A stretch of 64,000 bases of DNA, taken from positions 160,001 to 224,000 of the forward strand of contig JAWLHJ010000001.1 in the NCBI GenBank assembly GCA_041690395.1, written 5' to 3'. This document shows, in pieces, positions 30,226 to 38,445 of this stretch; within the stretch, counting starts at the first letter, position 1; the number at the start of each line of letters is the position of its first letter. Made by a program: the position numbers and the translations under genes. The notes below the pieces were generated by a model, which did not search any database, was not told the DNA's origin, and saw only the letters and a program-made list of their open reading frames with translations. The stretch is from Longimicrobiales bacterium (GTDB lineage: Bacteria; Gemmatimonadota; Gemmatimonadetes; Longimicrobiales; Gaopeijiaceae).

Positions 30226-30642
30226 TCAGCAGTGCTCTTCGTACGCCTTCTGCAGGTCGGCCGCGATGTCCTCGGGATGCCGCCCCTCGATCAGGTGGCG
30301 CTCCATGAAGTAGACCAGCTCGCCGTCCTTGAAGAGCGCGACGGACGGAGAGGACGGCGGATAGCCGGTGATGTACTCCCGCGCCTTCTCTGTGGCGTCG
30401 AGGTCCTGCCCGGCAAACACCGTGGTCAGCACCTCCGGCTTCTTCTCACCCTGGAGCGAGAGGTAGACGGCGGGACGCATCATCGCAGCCGCACAGCCGC
30501 AGACGGAGTTGACCGCGAGCAGGGTGGTCCGCTTCTCCGACCCCAGCTTCGCGTCGACGTCATCGGGTGTCTTGAGCTCGCTGAAGCCGATGCGGACGAG
30601 GTCCTCGCGCATGGGGGCGACCATCATCTCGGGGTAGGGCAT
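30226..30642 (-). CDS. BrxA/BrxB bacilliredoxin
   Basis: NSVCGCAA, TVFAGQD, PPSSPS, ERHLIEG. Confidence 0.93.
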   Translation of the reverse strand: MPYPEMMVAPMREDLVRIGFSELKTPDDVDAKLGSEKRTTLLAVNSVCGCAAAMMRPAVYLSLQGEKKPEVLTTVFAGQDLDATEKAREYITGYPPSSPSVALFKDGELVYFMERHLIEGRHPEDIAADLQKAYEEHC

Positions 30643-30725
30643 ATCGATCTCTCCTGTGCCACGGGCCTTCCGCCCTCATTGCCGACGGGACGGCCGCTGG
30701 AAGGGCACCGCTGATTCGAGCTACT

Positions 30726-30741
30726 TGAACTTCGAAGTTCA
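30726..30741. promoter_or_regulatory. Perfect 16-bp palindrome TGAACTTCGAAGTTCA, putative operator
   Basis: AT-rich perfect inverted repeat in the divergent intergenic region between brx and the molybdoenzyme operon. Confidence 0.5.
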
Positions 30742-30897
30742 CCGGACCGACACGTGATGTCCACGGGGCGGGCCGGGTGGGAGGAGGGATACACCCCGAC
30801 CCGGCCCGGGATCCGGCGCCCGGCGCCCTCTAACGGACGAACGTCCGCGGAGCGGCTCGTATTGCGGGAGTCCGGCCGGCTTGGCCACCTTGTCCCC

Positions 30898-31413
30898 ATG
30901 GAAGCGACAAAGGACATCGTTCGACTCAGGGTCAACGGCGACCGGCACGAAGTCGGCGTCCCGACGCACTATACGCTGCTCGAGACGCTTCGCTACGCGC
31001 TCGGGCTGACGGGCTCCAAGCAGGGGTGCGACAAGGGGGACTGCGGCGCCTGCACGGTGCTCGTCGACGGGGCGCCGACGCTCTCGTGCATCACGCCGGT
31101 CTGGGAAGCTGCCGGAGCCGAGATCCGGACGGTCGAAGGGCTGGCCACGGCCGAGGGCCCGCACCCGCTCCAGGACGCCTTCGATCTAAAAGGCGCCGCC
31201 CAGTGCGGTTTCTGTACCCCGGGCATCCTGTGCTCCGCGGCCGCGCTGCTCGACTGGAACCGGGCCCCCACGCGCGAAGAGATCCGCGAGGCACTCTCCG
31301 GCAACCTGTGCCGCTGCACGGGCTACGCGAAGATCTACGACGCGGTCGAGGTGGCGGCCGCGCGGCTCCGGGGCGAGGAACCCAACGACTCCACCGGAGG
31401 GTCCGAGCCATGA
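30898..31413 (+). CDS. Xanthine-oxidase-family 2x[2Fe-2S] small subunit (HcrC/CoxS-like)
   Basis: GCDKGDCGACTV...SC; QCGFCTPG; NLCRCTGY. Confidence 0.93.
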   Translation: MEATKDIVRLRVNGDRHEVGVPTHYTLLETLRYALGLTGSKQGCDKGDCGACTVLVDGAPTLSCITPVWEAAGAEIRTVEGLATAEGPHPLQDAFDLKGAAQCGFCTPGILCSAAALLDWNRAPTREEIREALSGNLCRCTGYAKIYDAVEVAAARLRGEEPNDSTGGSEP

Positions 31414-33809
31414 TCAAGCCGAGCGATAATCGCAAGTCGGACTTGAAGTTGATCGGTCGCCCCATGCGGAAGGTGGAGGGGCTCGACAAGTCCACCGGCC
31501 GGGCCGTGTACACCGACGACATCGTCCTTCCCGGCATGCTCCACGGCAAGATCCTCCGGAGCCCGCATCCGCACGCGCGTATCGTCTCCATCGACACATC
31601 GGAGGCCGAGGCGCTCGAGGGCGTCCACGCCGTGGTTACCGGACGGGACATGGCCACGGCCTACGGGATCATCCCCTGGACCCCGGACGAGTACCCCCTC
31701 TGCACCGACCGCGTCCGCTACATCGGCGACGGAGTCGCGGCGGTCGCGGCCGTCGACGAGGACACGGCCATCCGCGCCCTCGACCTGATCCGGGTGGAGT
31801 ACGAGGAGCTTCCGGCCTTCCACGATCCGTTCGCGGCCCTCGAGGCCGACGGCTCCATCCCGTACATCCACGATGCGAAGAAGGAAGGGTGGAACGGCAA
31901 CGTCACGAAGAAGGTGAAGCTCGAGTTCGGCGAGGTCGATGCAGGCCTCGACGAGGCCGACGTCGTGGTCGAGGGCGAGTACTTCTTCGAGGGGACGACC
32001 CATGCCCCCATCGAGCCGCACTGCGCCATCGGGCTGTACGAGGGGAACGGCAAGCTGACCGTCTGGTCCGCGACCCAGGTGCCGCACTACCTGCACCGGG
32101 AGTTGTCGCGCGTCCTCGAAGTCGATCCCGCCAAGGTGCGCGTCATCCAGCCGCTGGTCGGCGGGGCGTTCGGCGGCAAGAGCGAGCCCTTCGACCTGGA
32201 GTTCTGCGTCGGCAAGCTCGCCATGATGACCGGGCGGCCCGTGAAGATCCTCTACACCCGCGAGGAGGTCTTCTACAGCCACCGCGGCCGCCACCCGTTC
32301 CACATGAAGTACCGGACCGGCGCCACCGCCGACGGGCTGCTCACCTCCGTCGACGCGAAGATCCTCCTCGACGGGGGCGCGTACGCCTCGTTCGGGCTCG
32401 TCACGACCTACTACTCGGGGCAGCTCCTGTGCGCGCCGTACCAGATGCCCGCGTACCGGTTCGACTCCACGCGCGTCTATACGAACAAGCCGGCGTGCGG
32501 ACCCAAGCGTGGCCACGGATCGGTGCAGCCTCGCTTCGCCTTCGAGGTGCAGATCGACAAGCTCGCCGAGCGGGTCGGCATCGACCCCATCGAGTTCCGT
32601 AGACGCAATTTCATCGGGTCCAACACACGTACTGTCAACGAGTTACGCGTTACGTCCAATGGATTTCTTGAATGCATGGCCTCGGTGGAGCGGGCAAGCG
32701 GGTGGGCGGACAAGTTCCGTAAGATGCCCTTCGGCAAGGGAATAGGTATCGCGGGCTCGACCTACATCTCAGGGACCAACTATCCCATTTACCCGAACGA
32801 GATGCCCCAGTCCGGTGTCCAGATGCAGATCGACCGTTCGGGGCGCGTCGCGGTCTTCAGCGGGGCCAGCGAGATCGGCCAGGGATGCGACTCCGTGGTC
32901 GCGTACATCGCCGCCGAGGAGCTCGGGGTGCCACTCGACCACGTACGGGTCATGCGCGGAGACACGGACTTCACGCCGGTCGATCTCGGAGCCTATTCGA
33001 GCCGGGTGACGTTCATGCTCGGCAACGCCGCGATCGACGCCGCCCGCAAGCTGCGCCGCCTGATCCAGGAGGCGGTCGCCGAAGCGTGGGAGGTGAAGCC
33101 CGGCGAGGTGCTGCTGGCCGGTGGCCGCGCCTACTGGGCGCCCGACACCGAGCGCCAACTGCCGATTCGCGAGGCCTTCAACCTGGCCGAGGCGAAGTTC
33201 GGCACGCTGGGAGCGACCGGCTCCTACAACACGCCGAAGGACGTGCACGGCGAGTACCGGGGCGGCACCATCGGCGCGTCACCGGCCTATTCGTTCACGG
33301 CGCACGTGGCCGAGGTGGACGTCGATGTCGAGACCGGCATCATCGACGTGAAGAAGATCTGGGTCGCGCACGACTGCGGCCGGGCGCTCAACCCCGTGCT
33401 GGTCGAAGGCCAGATGGAGGGCTCGGCCTACATGGGCTTCGCCGAGGCGCTCATGGAGGAGCAGATCTTCAAGGACGCGGACCACGGGCGGGCGGGGCTC
33501 CACAACGCGCCGTCGCTCCTCGACTACCGGATCCCGACCAGCCTCGACACGCCCGAGCTGGAGTCGCTGATCGTCGAGTCGATCGACCCGGAGGGGCCCT
33601 ACGGCGCCAAGGAGGCCGGCGAGGGCCCGCTGCACCCCTCCATTCCGGCCATCGCCAACGCGATCTACGACGCGATCGGGATCCGCATGGACCGGCTTCC
33701 GTTCTCGCCGCCCCGGGTGTGGCGGGCGGTCGAAGCAGCCCGCGAGGCGGGCACCCTGACGAAGCCCGCGGCTCCGCAACACGCGGCCGTCCCAGGAGCC
33801 GTGCCATGA
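31410..33809 (+). CDS. Molybdopterin-binding large subunit (4-hydroxybenzoyl-CoA reductase alpha-like)
   Basis: RSPHPHA, TQVPHY, GGAFGGK, RGHG, GQG, SSRVT, GAKEAGEG; ATGA overlap. Confidence 0.9.
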   Translation: MIKPSDNRKSDLKLIGRPMRKVEGLDKSTGRAVYTDDIVLPGMLHGKILRSPHPHARIVSIDTSEAEALEGVHAVVTGRDMATAYGIIPWTPDEYPLCTDRVRYIGDGVAAVAAVDEDTAIRALDLIRVEYEELPAFHDPFAALEADGSIPYIHDAKKEGWNGNVTKKVKLEFGEVDAGLDEADVVVEGEYFFEGTTHAPIEPHCAIGLYEGNGKLTVWSATQVPHYLHRELSRVLEVDPAKVRVIQPLVGGAFGGKSEPFDLEFCVGKLAMMTGRPVKILYTREEVFYSHRGRHPFHMKYRTGATADGLLTSVDAKILLDGGAYASFGLVTTYYSGQLLCAPYQMPAYRFDSTRVYTNKPACGPKRGHGSVQPRFAFEVQIDKLAERVGIDPIEFRRRNFIGSNTRTVNELRVTSNGFLECMASVERASGWADKFRKMPFGKGIGIAGSTYISGTNYPIYPNEMPQSGVQMQIDRSGRVAVFSGASEIGQGCDSVVAYIAAEELGVPLDHVRVMRGDTDFTPVDLGAYSSRVTFMLGNAAIDAARKLRRLIQEAVAEAWEVKPGEVLLAGGRAYWAPDTERQLPIREAFNLAEAKFGTLGATGSYNTPKDVHGEYRGGTIGASPAYSFTAHVAEVDVDVETGIIDVKKIWVAHDCGRALNPVLVEGQMEGSAYMGFAEALMEEQIFKDADHGRAGLHNAPSLLDYRIPTSLDTPELESLIVESIDPEGPYGAKEAGEGPLHPSIPAIANAIYDAIGIRMDRLPFSPPRVWRAVEAAREAGTLTKPAAPQHAAVPGAVP

Positions 33810-34750
33810 CGATCCTCCGTTGGAGCGTCGCCGTGATCGGCATCGTCGCCGCTGCGGTCGCCATCGTGGGCCTTCCGCTCGACGACCCGCTCGGCCCGGC
33901 CACCGCGGGTCCGTCCGAGCTGGAGGTGGCCGCCGCGGGGGACTGGCCCGCCGAGGACTGGAACGTCTTCCAGAGCACGGTGCGATGGGGGCAGGTGGCC
34001 CGCATCGACACGCTTTCCTTCGGGGATGCCGTCGCGGCCGTGGGCCGGCGCTTCGTGGGCACCGCGTACGTGCCCGGGACGCTCGAAGTCGAAGGACCGG
34101 AACGGGTCGTGGTGAACTTCCAGGGGCTCGACTGCGTCACGTTCGTCGAGAACGCGCTCGCGCTCACGCGGTTCATCCGCGAGGACGGACCCCGCTTGCT
34201 GGCGGACCGCCGCGCGGCCGAGGACCGCTACGAGACGCTCCTCGCCGAGTATCGGTACCGGAGCGGGCGCCTCGACGGCTATCCGAGCCGGCTCCACTAC
34301 TTCAGCGAATGGCTGTCGGACAACGCACGCCGGGGATTGCTCGTGAACGTCGGCCCTGAGCTGGGCGCGATCCCGGACCCGGAGCCCATCGACTTCATGT
34401 CGACGCACGCCGACGCGTACCGCCAGCTCGCGGACACCGCGTTCCTGAGGATGATCCGCGAGACCGAAGCCCGCCTCTCGGAGGCGGAGCGGCTGTACGT
34501 GCCCGAGTCGCGCATCGCGCAGGTCGCCGAGCGGATCCGGAACGGCGACGTCATCGCAGCCACCAGCACGGTTCCGGGGCTCGACGTCGCCCACACGGGG
34601 CTGGCCCTCTGGATCGACGGCACGCTCCACCTGCTGCACGCCCCGCTCGTCGGCGAGGCGGTCGAGATCAGCGAGGTTCCGCTCGCGGATCGGATCCTCC
34701 GCATCGAAGGACAGGACGGAATCATGGTCGCGAGACCCCAGGAGCGCTGA
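33806..34750 (+). CDS. DUF1460 NlpC/P60-like N-acetylmuramoyl-L-alanine amidase, N-terminal signal/TM
   Basis: GLDCVTFVE, YRYRSG, SRLHYFSEW, GLDVAHTG, LLHA. Confidence 0.88.
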   Translation: MTILRWSVAVIGIVAAAVAIVGLPLDDPLGPATAGPSELEVAAAGDWPAEDWNVFQSTVRWGQVARIDTLSFGDAVAAVGRRFVGTAYVPGTLEVEGPERVVVNFQGLDCVTFVENALALTRFIREDGPRLLADRRAAEDRYETLLAEYRYRSGRLDGYPSRLHYFSEWLSDNARRGLLVNVGPELGAIPDPEPIDFMSTHADAYRQLADTAFLRMIRETEARLSEAERLYVPESRIAQVAERIRNGDVIAATSTVPGLDVAHTGLALWIDGTLHLLHAPLVGEAVEISEVPLADRILRIEGQDGIMVARPQER

Positions 34751-34756
34751 TAGACG

Positions 34757-35743
34757 ATGCTGCGCATGGCCCCCTTCCGGCACCACCGGCCCGAGACCGT
34801 CACCCAGGCCATCGAGCTCATGGGCGAGCACGCGGGTCGCGCGATGTACGTCGCGGGCGGCACGGACGTGGTGCCCAACATGAAGCACCGCCTGTTCGAG
34901 CCCGATCACCTGATCGCCCTCAAGGGAATCGAGGAGCTCCGAGGCATCCGGGTCGAAGACGGTGTCCTGCGCATCGGGGCGGCGGAAACGCTCACGTCGG
35001 TGGCCCGTGACCCCGAGGTGCGGGCGCGCTTTCCCGCGCTCGCCGACGCGGCGGGACACGTCGCCGGGCCCCAACTTCGCAACATGGGGACGATCGGCGG
35101 CAACCTCTGCCTCGACACGCGCTGCACCTACTACAACCAGTCCAAGTTCTGGCGTAGCGCGCTCGGGTTCTGTCTCAAGAAGGACGGCGACGTCTGCCAC
35201 GTGACCAGGGTCGGAAAGAAGTGCGTCGCCGCGCACTCTGCCGATACGCCGCCCGTCCTCATGACGCTGGGCGCCGTGGCGGTCATCGAGGGCCCAGACG
35301 GCCGGCGTGAGGTGCCCGTGACCGACTTCTTCGTGGCCGACGGCATCGCCAACACGGTCCGGACCGCCGAAGAGATCGTGACCGAAGTCAGGATTCCCCT
35401 GGCCTCCGCCGATCGTCGCCAGGCCTACGCGAAGCTTCGTCAGCGGCACGCCATCGACTTCCCACTCCTCACGGTCGCGATCTCCGCGGACGTCCAGGAG
35501 GACGGAGTCGTCGGCGGCATCGATGGCGTGGTGACGGCGCTCGGATCGCGTCCGAGAGCGCTTTCCGGTTGGTCGGACCTGGCCGAAGGGGAGCGCCTGG
35601 ACGACGCGCTGGTCGATGAGCTGTGCGCCCGGGCCCACAAGCAGTGCCATCCGCTCGAGAACATCATCGTGGACACCGACTGGCGCCGCGCCATGGTGCC
35701 GGTGTACGTCCGGCGTGCGCTGGAGCGGATCAGGGCCGCGTGA
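34757..35743 (+). CDS. FAD-binding subunit with a [4Fe-4S] insert (HcrB-like)
   Basis: AGGTD, RNMGTIGGN, C-x15-C-x7-C-x8-C insert, KLRQRHAIDFP. Confidence 0.9.
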   Translation: MLRMAPFRHHRPETVTQAIELMGEHAGRAMYVAGGTDVVPNMKHRLFEPDHLIALKGIEELRGIRVEDGVLRIGAAETLTSVARDPEVRARFPALADAAGHVAGPQLRNMGTIGGNLCLDTRCTYYNQSKFWRSALGFCLKKDGDVCHVTRVGKKCVAAHSADTPPVLMTLGAVAVIEGPDGRREVPVTDFFVADGIANTVRTAEEIVTEVRIPLASADRRQAYAKLRQRHAIDFPLLTVAISADVQEDGVVGGIDGVVTALGSRPRALSGWSDLAEGERLDDALVDELCARAHKQCHPLENIIVDTDWRRAMVPVYVRRALERIRAA

Positions 35744-35786
35744 CGACCGGGGCGCCCCGCGCACCCGCGTCCGTTCGGGTCCGCGA

Positions 35787-36632
35787 GTGAATCCCCTCGT
35801 CGTCGCCGGGGTCGCGGCCGCGGGCCTCTACGCGCTCGACCGTCTTTCCAACTTCGTCGTGCGCCCGCGCCCACGCGCGCCCGACCGGACCATCGGCGAG
35901 CTCGAGGAGGTCGCTTACCGTGATTTCCGCATCCCCTCGGGCGATCATGAGCTCGCGGCCTGGGAGCTCCGGCCGCCCGGAGAGATCCGTCGACCCGTCT
36001 TCCTGGTCGCGCACGGATGGGGCGCCAGCTACGGCACCATCCTTCGGTTGGGCGAACCGCTCGCGAAGGCCGGGTACGAGGTCGTCCTCTTCGACGTGCG
36101 TGGCCACGGCCGGAACGAGGAGCTGCCCTATGTCACGGTACGCCACTTCCGTGACGACGTGACGGCCGCGCTCCAGTGGACCCGGGGCCGGTTCCCGGAT
36201 CGCCCGCTGGTGCTCGTCGGACACTCGCTCGGAGGAGCGGGCGCGGTGCTCGCCGTCGCGGAAGGCGCCCGCCCGGACGCGCTCGTCCTCATCGCCGCGC
36301 CGTCAGACGTCATGAAGGTCACGGCGGAGTACATGTCCGACCACGGGCTCCCGGGTCGCCTCATCGTGGCCGCGTTCCGACCCTTCTTCTGGAGGAAGAT
36401 CGGGAGCACGTTCCGCGACTTCACGCCCAGCCGGCGCATCCGCGAGGTCGACGTGCCGCTGCTCATGCTGCAGCCGGAGCACGACACCCGCGTCGTCCGC
36501 GAGCACGCGGACAGGCTCGCCGCCGCCGCGGGCCAGCCCTATGTGCTCATCGAGGGGGCCGAGCACACGGACGTGCTCGAGCACCCGAAGACGCTGGAGT
36601 TGATCGAAGAGTTCGTGGCGAGGCTGGGGTAG
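35787..36632 (+). CDS. Alpha/beta hydrolase with N-terminal membrane anchor
   Basis: HGWG, DVRGHG, GHSLGG, D...H catalytic residues. Confidence 0.85.
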   Translation: MNPLVVAGVAAAGLYALDRLSNFVVRPRPRAPDRTIGELEEVAYRDFRIPSGDHELAAWELRPPGEIRRPVFLVAHGWGASYGTILRLGEPLAKAGYEVVLFDVRGHGRNEELPYVTVRHFRDDVTAALQWTRGRFPDRPLVLVGHSLGGAGAVLAVAEGARPDALVLIAAPSDVMKVTAEYMSDHGLPGRLIVAAFRPFFWRKIGSTFRDFTPSRRIREVDVPLLMLQPEHDTRVVREHADRLAAAAGQPYVLIEGAEHTDVLEHPKTLELIEEFVARLG

Positions 36633-36647
36633 AACTCCTTCACGGCT

Positions 36648-37127
36648 TCAGCCCCCCAGCGGATCCGGGCATCCCTCGGTCCGCCGGGTATCCGCGATCT
36701 GCGTCACCTTCCACGCGGATCCGTCGTGCAGGAACTCGATCGAGTTGATGCCGCAGTGCCGTACGGCTCCGTCCAGATAGAACGTGTACGGCGTCCACGC
36801 GGACGCCATGTTTCCGTCCACCTGGATCTCGACGTCGTAGACGCGCTCGTCCCAGCGGCGCTCCGACGTACCGATGGCCTCGAGCCACCCCTCCACCGAT
36901 TGGACGGTGACCGTCCCCGTCTCGTCGACCCCCGCGAACCGGGCGTCGGACGCGAAAACGGCCCGCACGAGGTCCGGATTCGCCGTACGCATACCCTCGA
37001 AGATCTGCTCCACGGCCGCATGTACCTCATGCTCGGCGTGCGATTGGGCGTTCGCCGGCGCCGCCAGCGTCAGCGCCAGCAACGTCGTGACCAGCGATCC
37101 GCATCCTCCCGTCATCCTCGTCATCAC
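36648..37127 (-). CDS. Secreted NTF2-like protein
   Basis: Signal peptide; VDGNMASAWTPYTFY...HCGINS...WKV. Confidence 0.82.
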   Translation of the reverse strand: MMTRMTGGCGSLVTTLLALTLAAPANAQSHAEHEVHAAVEQIFEGMRTANPDLVRAVFASDARFAGVDETGTVTVQSVEGWLEAIGTSERRWDERVYDVEIQVDGNMASAWTPYTFYLDGAVRHCGINSIEFLHDGSAWKVTQIADTRRTEGCPDPLGG

Positions 37128-37178
37128 GCTCCCTCCATCAGGATCTCCAAAACTCAGAACGGCGACCTACGCGACGAC

Positions 37179-37760
37179 TCAGTCGCCCGACATGCCGCCT
37201 GAAGACGGCGGTACGATGCCGTTCAACCGCATATAGGTCACGAGGTTCCCGTAGTGCTCCCAGGTGTGGGTCGCGTTGAACACGAGCACCCAGAGCCGTG
37301 AGCCCGTCTGGCCGAAGAGTGACACCTCCTCCATCAGCCGGGGTCCGCGAAGCTCCGAGTGCGCACGGTCACAGTAGGCGAACGCCGCATCGAGCCCGGC
37401 CGTCAGGCCGGCCTTGTCGGTGACTTCCTCGTAGTTCGTGGATGCCGGGGAGTCCTCACCCAGCGCGGCGGAGCAGAAGGCGTACGACGCGTTGGCGACG
37501 TGTCCGAGCAGCTCGCCGAACGAGCGGACCTCTTCGGTCGGCCGGTAGGCGAGCACGTCCTCGGGTACGCCGCGTGCGGTCTGGAGCACATAGTTCCGCA
37601 CGGCCTCGTACTGCCGGCGGGCAGCGTCCATCGCCGGCATGTCTCCCCCTCCGCGCGGGCCCATCTGGGCGAGCGAGTCAGCAGGTGCGACGACGAAGAC
37701 GGCGAGGGCAGTGAGGCAGGCGAGCCGGATGCTCGAGGCAAGGCGGGATCGGCGGTTCAT
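37179..37760 (-). CDS. Secreted DinB family protein
   Basis: YRPTEEVRSFGELLGH, HTWEHYGNLVTYMRLNGIVPP; GGAGG RBS. Confidence 0.87.
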   Translation of the reverse strand: MNRRSRLASSIRLACLTALAVFVVAPADSLAQMGPRGGGDMPAMDAARRQYEAVRNYVLQTARGVPEDVLAYRPTEEVRSFGELLGHVANASYAFCSAALGEDSPASTNYEEVTDKAGLTAGLDAAFAYCDRAHSELRGPRLMEEVSLFGQTGSRLWVLVFNATHTWEHYGNLVTYMRLNGIVPPSSGGMSGD

Positions 37761-37887
37761 GATTCCTCCAGGGCTGAGTGTCCCTGCAATCTGGATGGCC
37801 CCCGGCCCGACCCGCAATCGTATTCCTTGCACCGCGGGGGCACCCGCGCACATCGTTGGGGGAGTACCCCCTCTCGAGGTTGCCAGC

Positions 37888-38442
37888 ATGTCCGACGCCC
37901 CGCCGCTGTCCCCGCCTGCCGACGTCACGATCGATGTCGGAGAGGGGAGGCTTCCGGCCGTCGTCTACGACGAGCTGCGGGCGATCGCCTCACGACACCT
38001 CGCCGGCGAGCGCCCCGGGCAGCCTCTCCGGCCGACCGAGTTGGTCCACGAGGCCTACGTTCGGTTGTCCGAAGCGTCCGACGCCACGGTCACCGACCGT
38101 ACACACTTCTACCGGCTCGCGAGCCGCGTCATGCGGCACGTGCTCGTCGACGCCGCCCGACGACGCGGAGCGGACAAGCGCGGAGGCGGGGCGAGCCCGC
38201 TCACGCTGCACGGCGAGCTGGTGTCCGACGAGGGTCGCGCCATGGAGCTTCTCGAGTTGCACGAGGCGCTGCGGCGCCTGGGGCGTCTCGACGCCCGCCT
38301 CGAGCAGCTGGTCGAGCTGCGCTTCTTCACCGGGCTGACGCTCGCCGAGTCGGCCGCCGCCCTCGGCGTGTCACCCCGTAAGGCCTCGAAGGATTGGGCG
38401 GCCGCGAAGCTGTGGCTCCGCCGTGAGCTGGCCCCGAGCTGA
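37888..38442 (+). CDS. ECF sigma factor, TIGR02999/ECF43-like (kinase-associated)
   Basis: VYDELRAIA, LRPTELVHEAY, MRHVLVDAAR, KRGGG, ELRFFTGL. Confidence 0.9.
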   Translation: MSDAPPLSPPADVTIDVGEGRLPAVVYDELRAIASRHLAGERPGQPLRPTELVHEAYVRLSEASDATVTDRTHFYRLASRVMRHVLVDAARRRGADKRGGGASPLTLHGELVSDEGRAMELLELHEALRRLGRLDARLEQLVELRFFTGLTLAESAAALGVSPRKASKDWAAAKLWLRRELAPS

Positions 38443-38445
38443 CCC

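Noticed and set aside
30765..30897. Possible Moco riboswitch upstream of the molybdoenzyme operon
   Set aside because: Only a single GC-rich hairpin is present; no recognisable Moco motif features.
32630..32662. dif-like site (TTACGTCCAAT resembles a XerD arm)
   Set aside because: No XerC arm at the correct spacing, and it lies inside a CDS.
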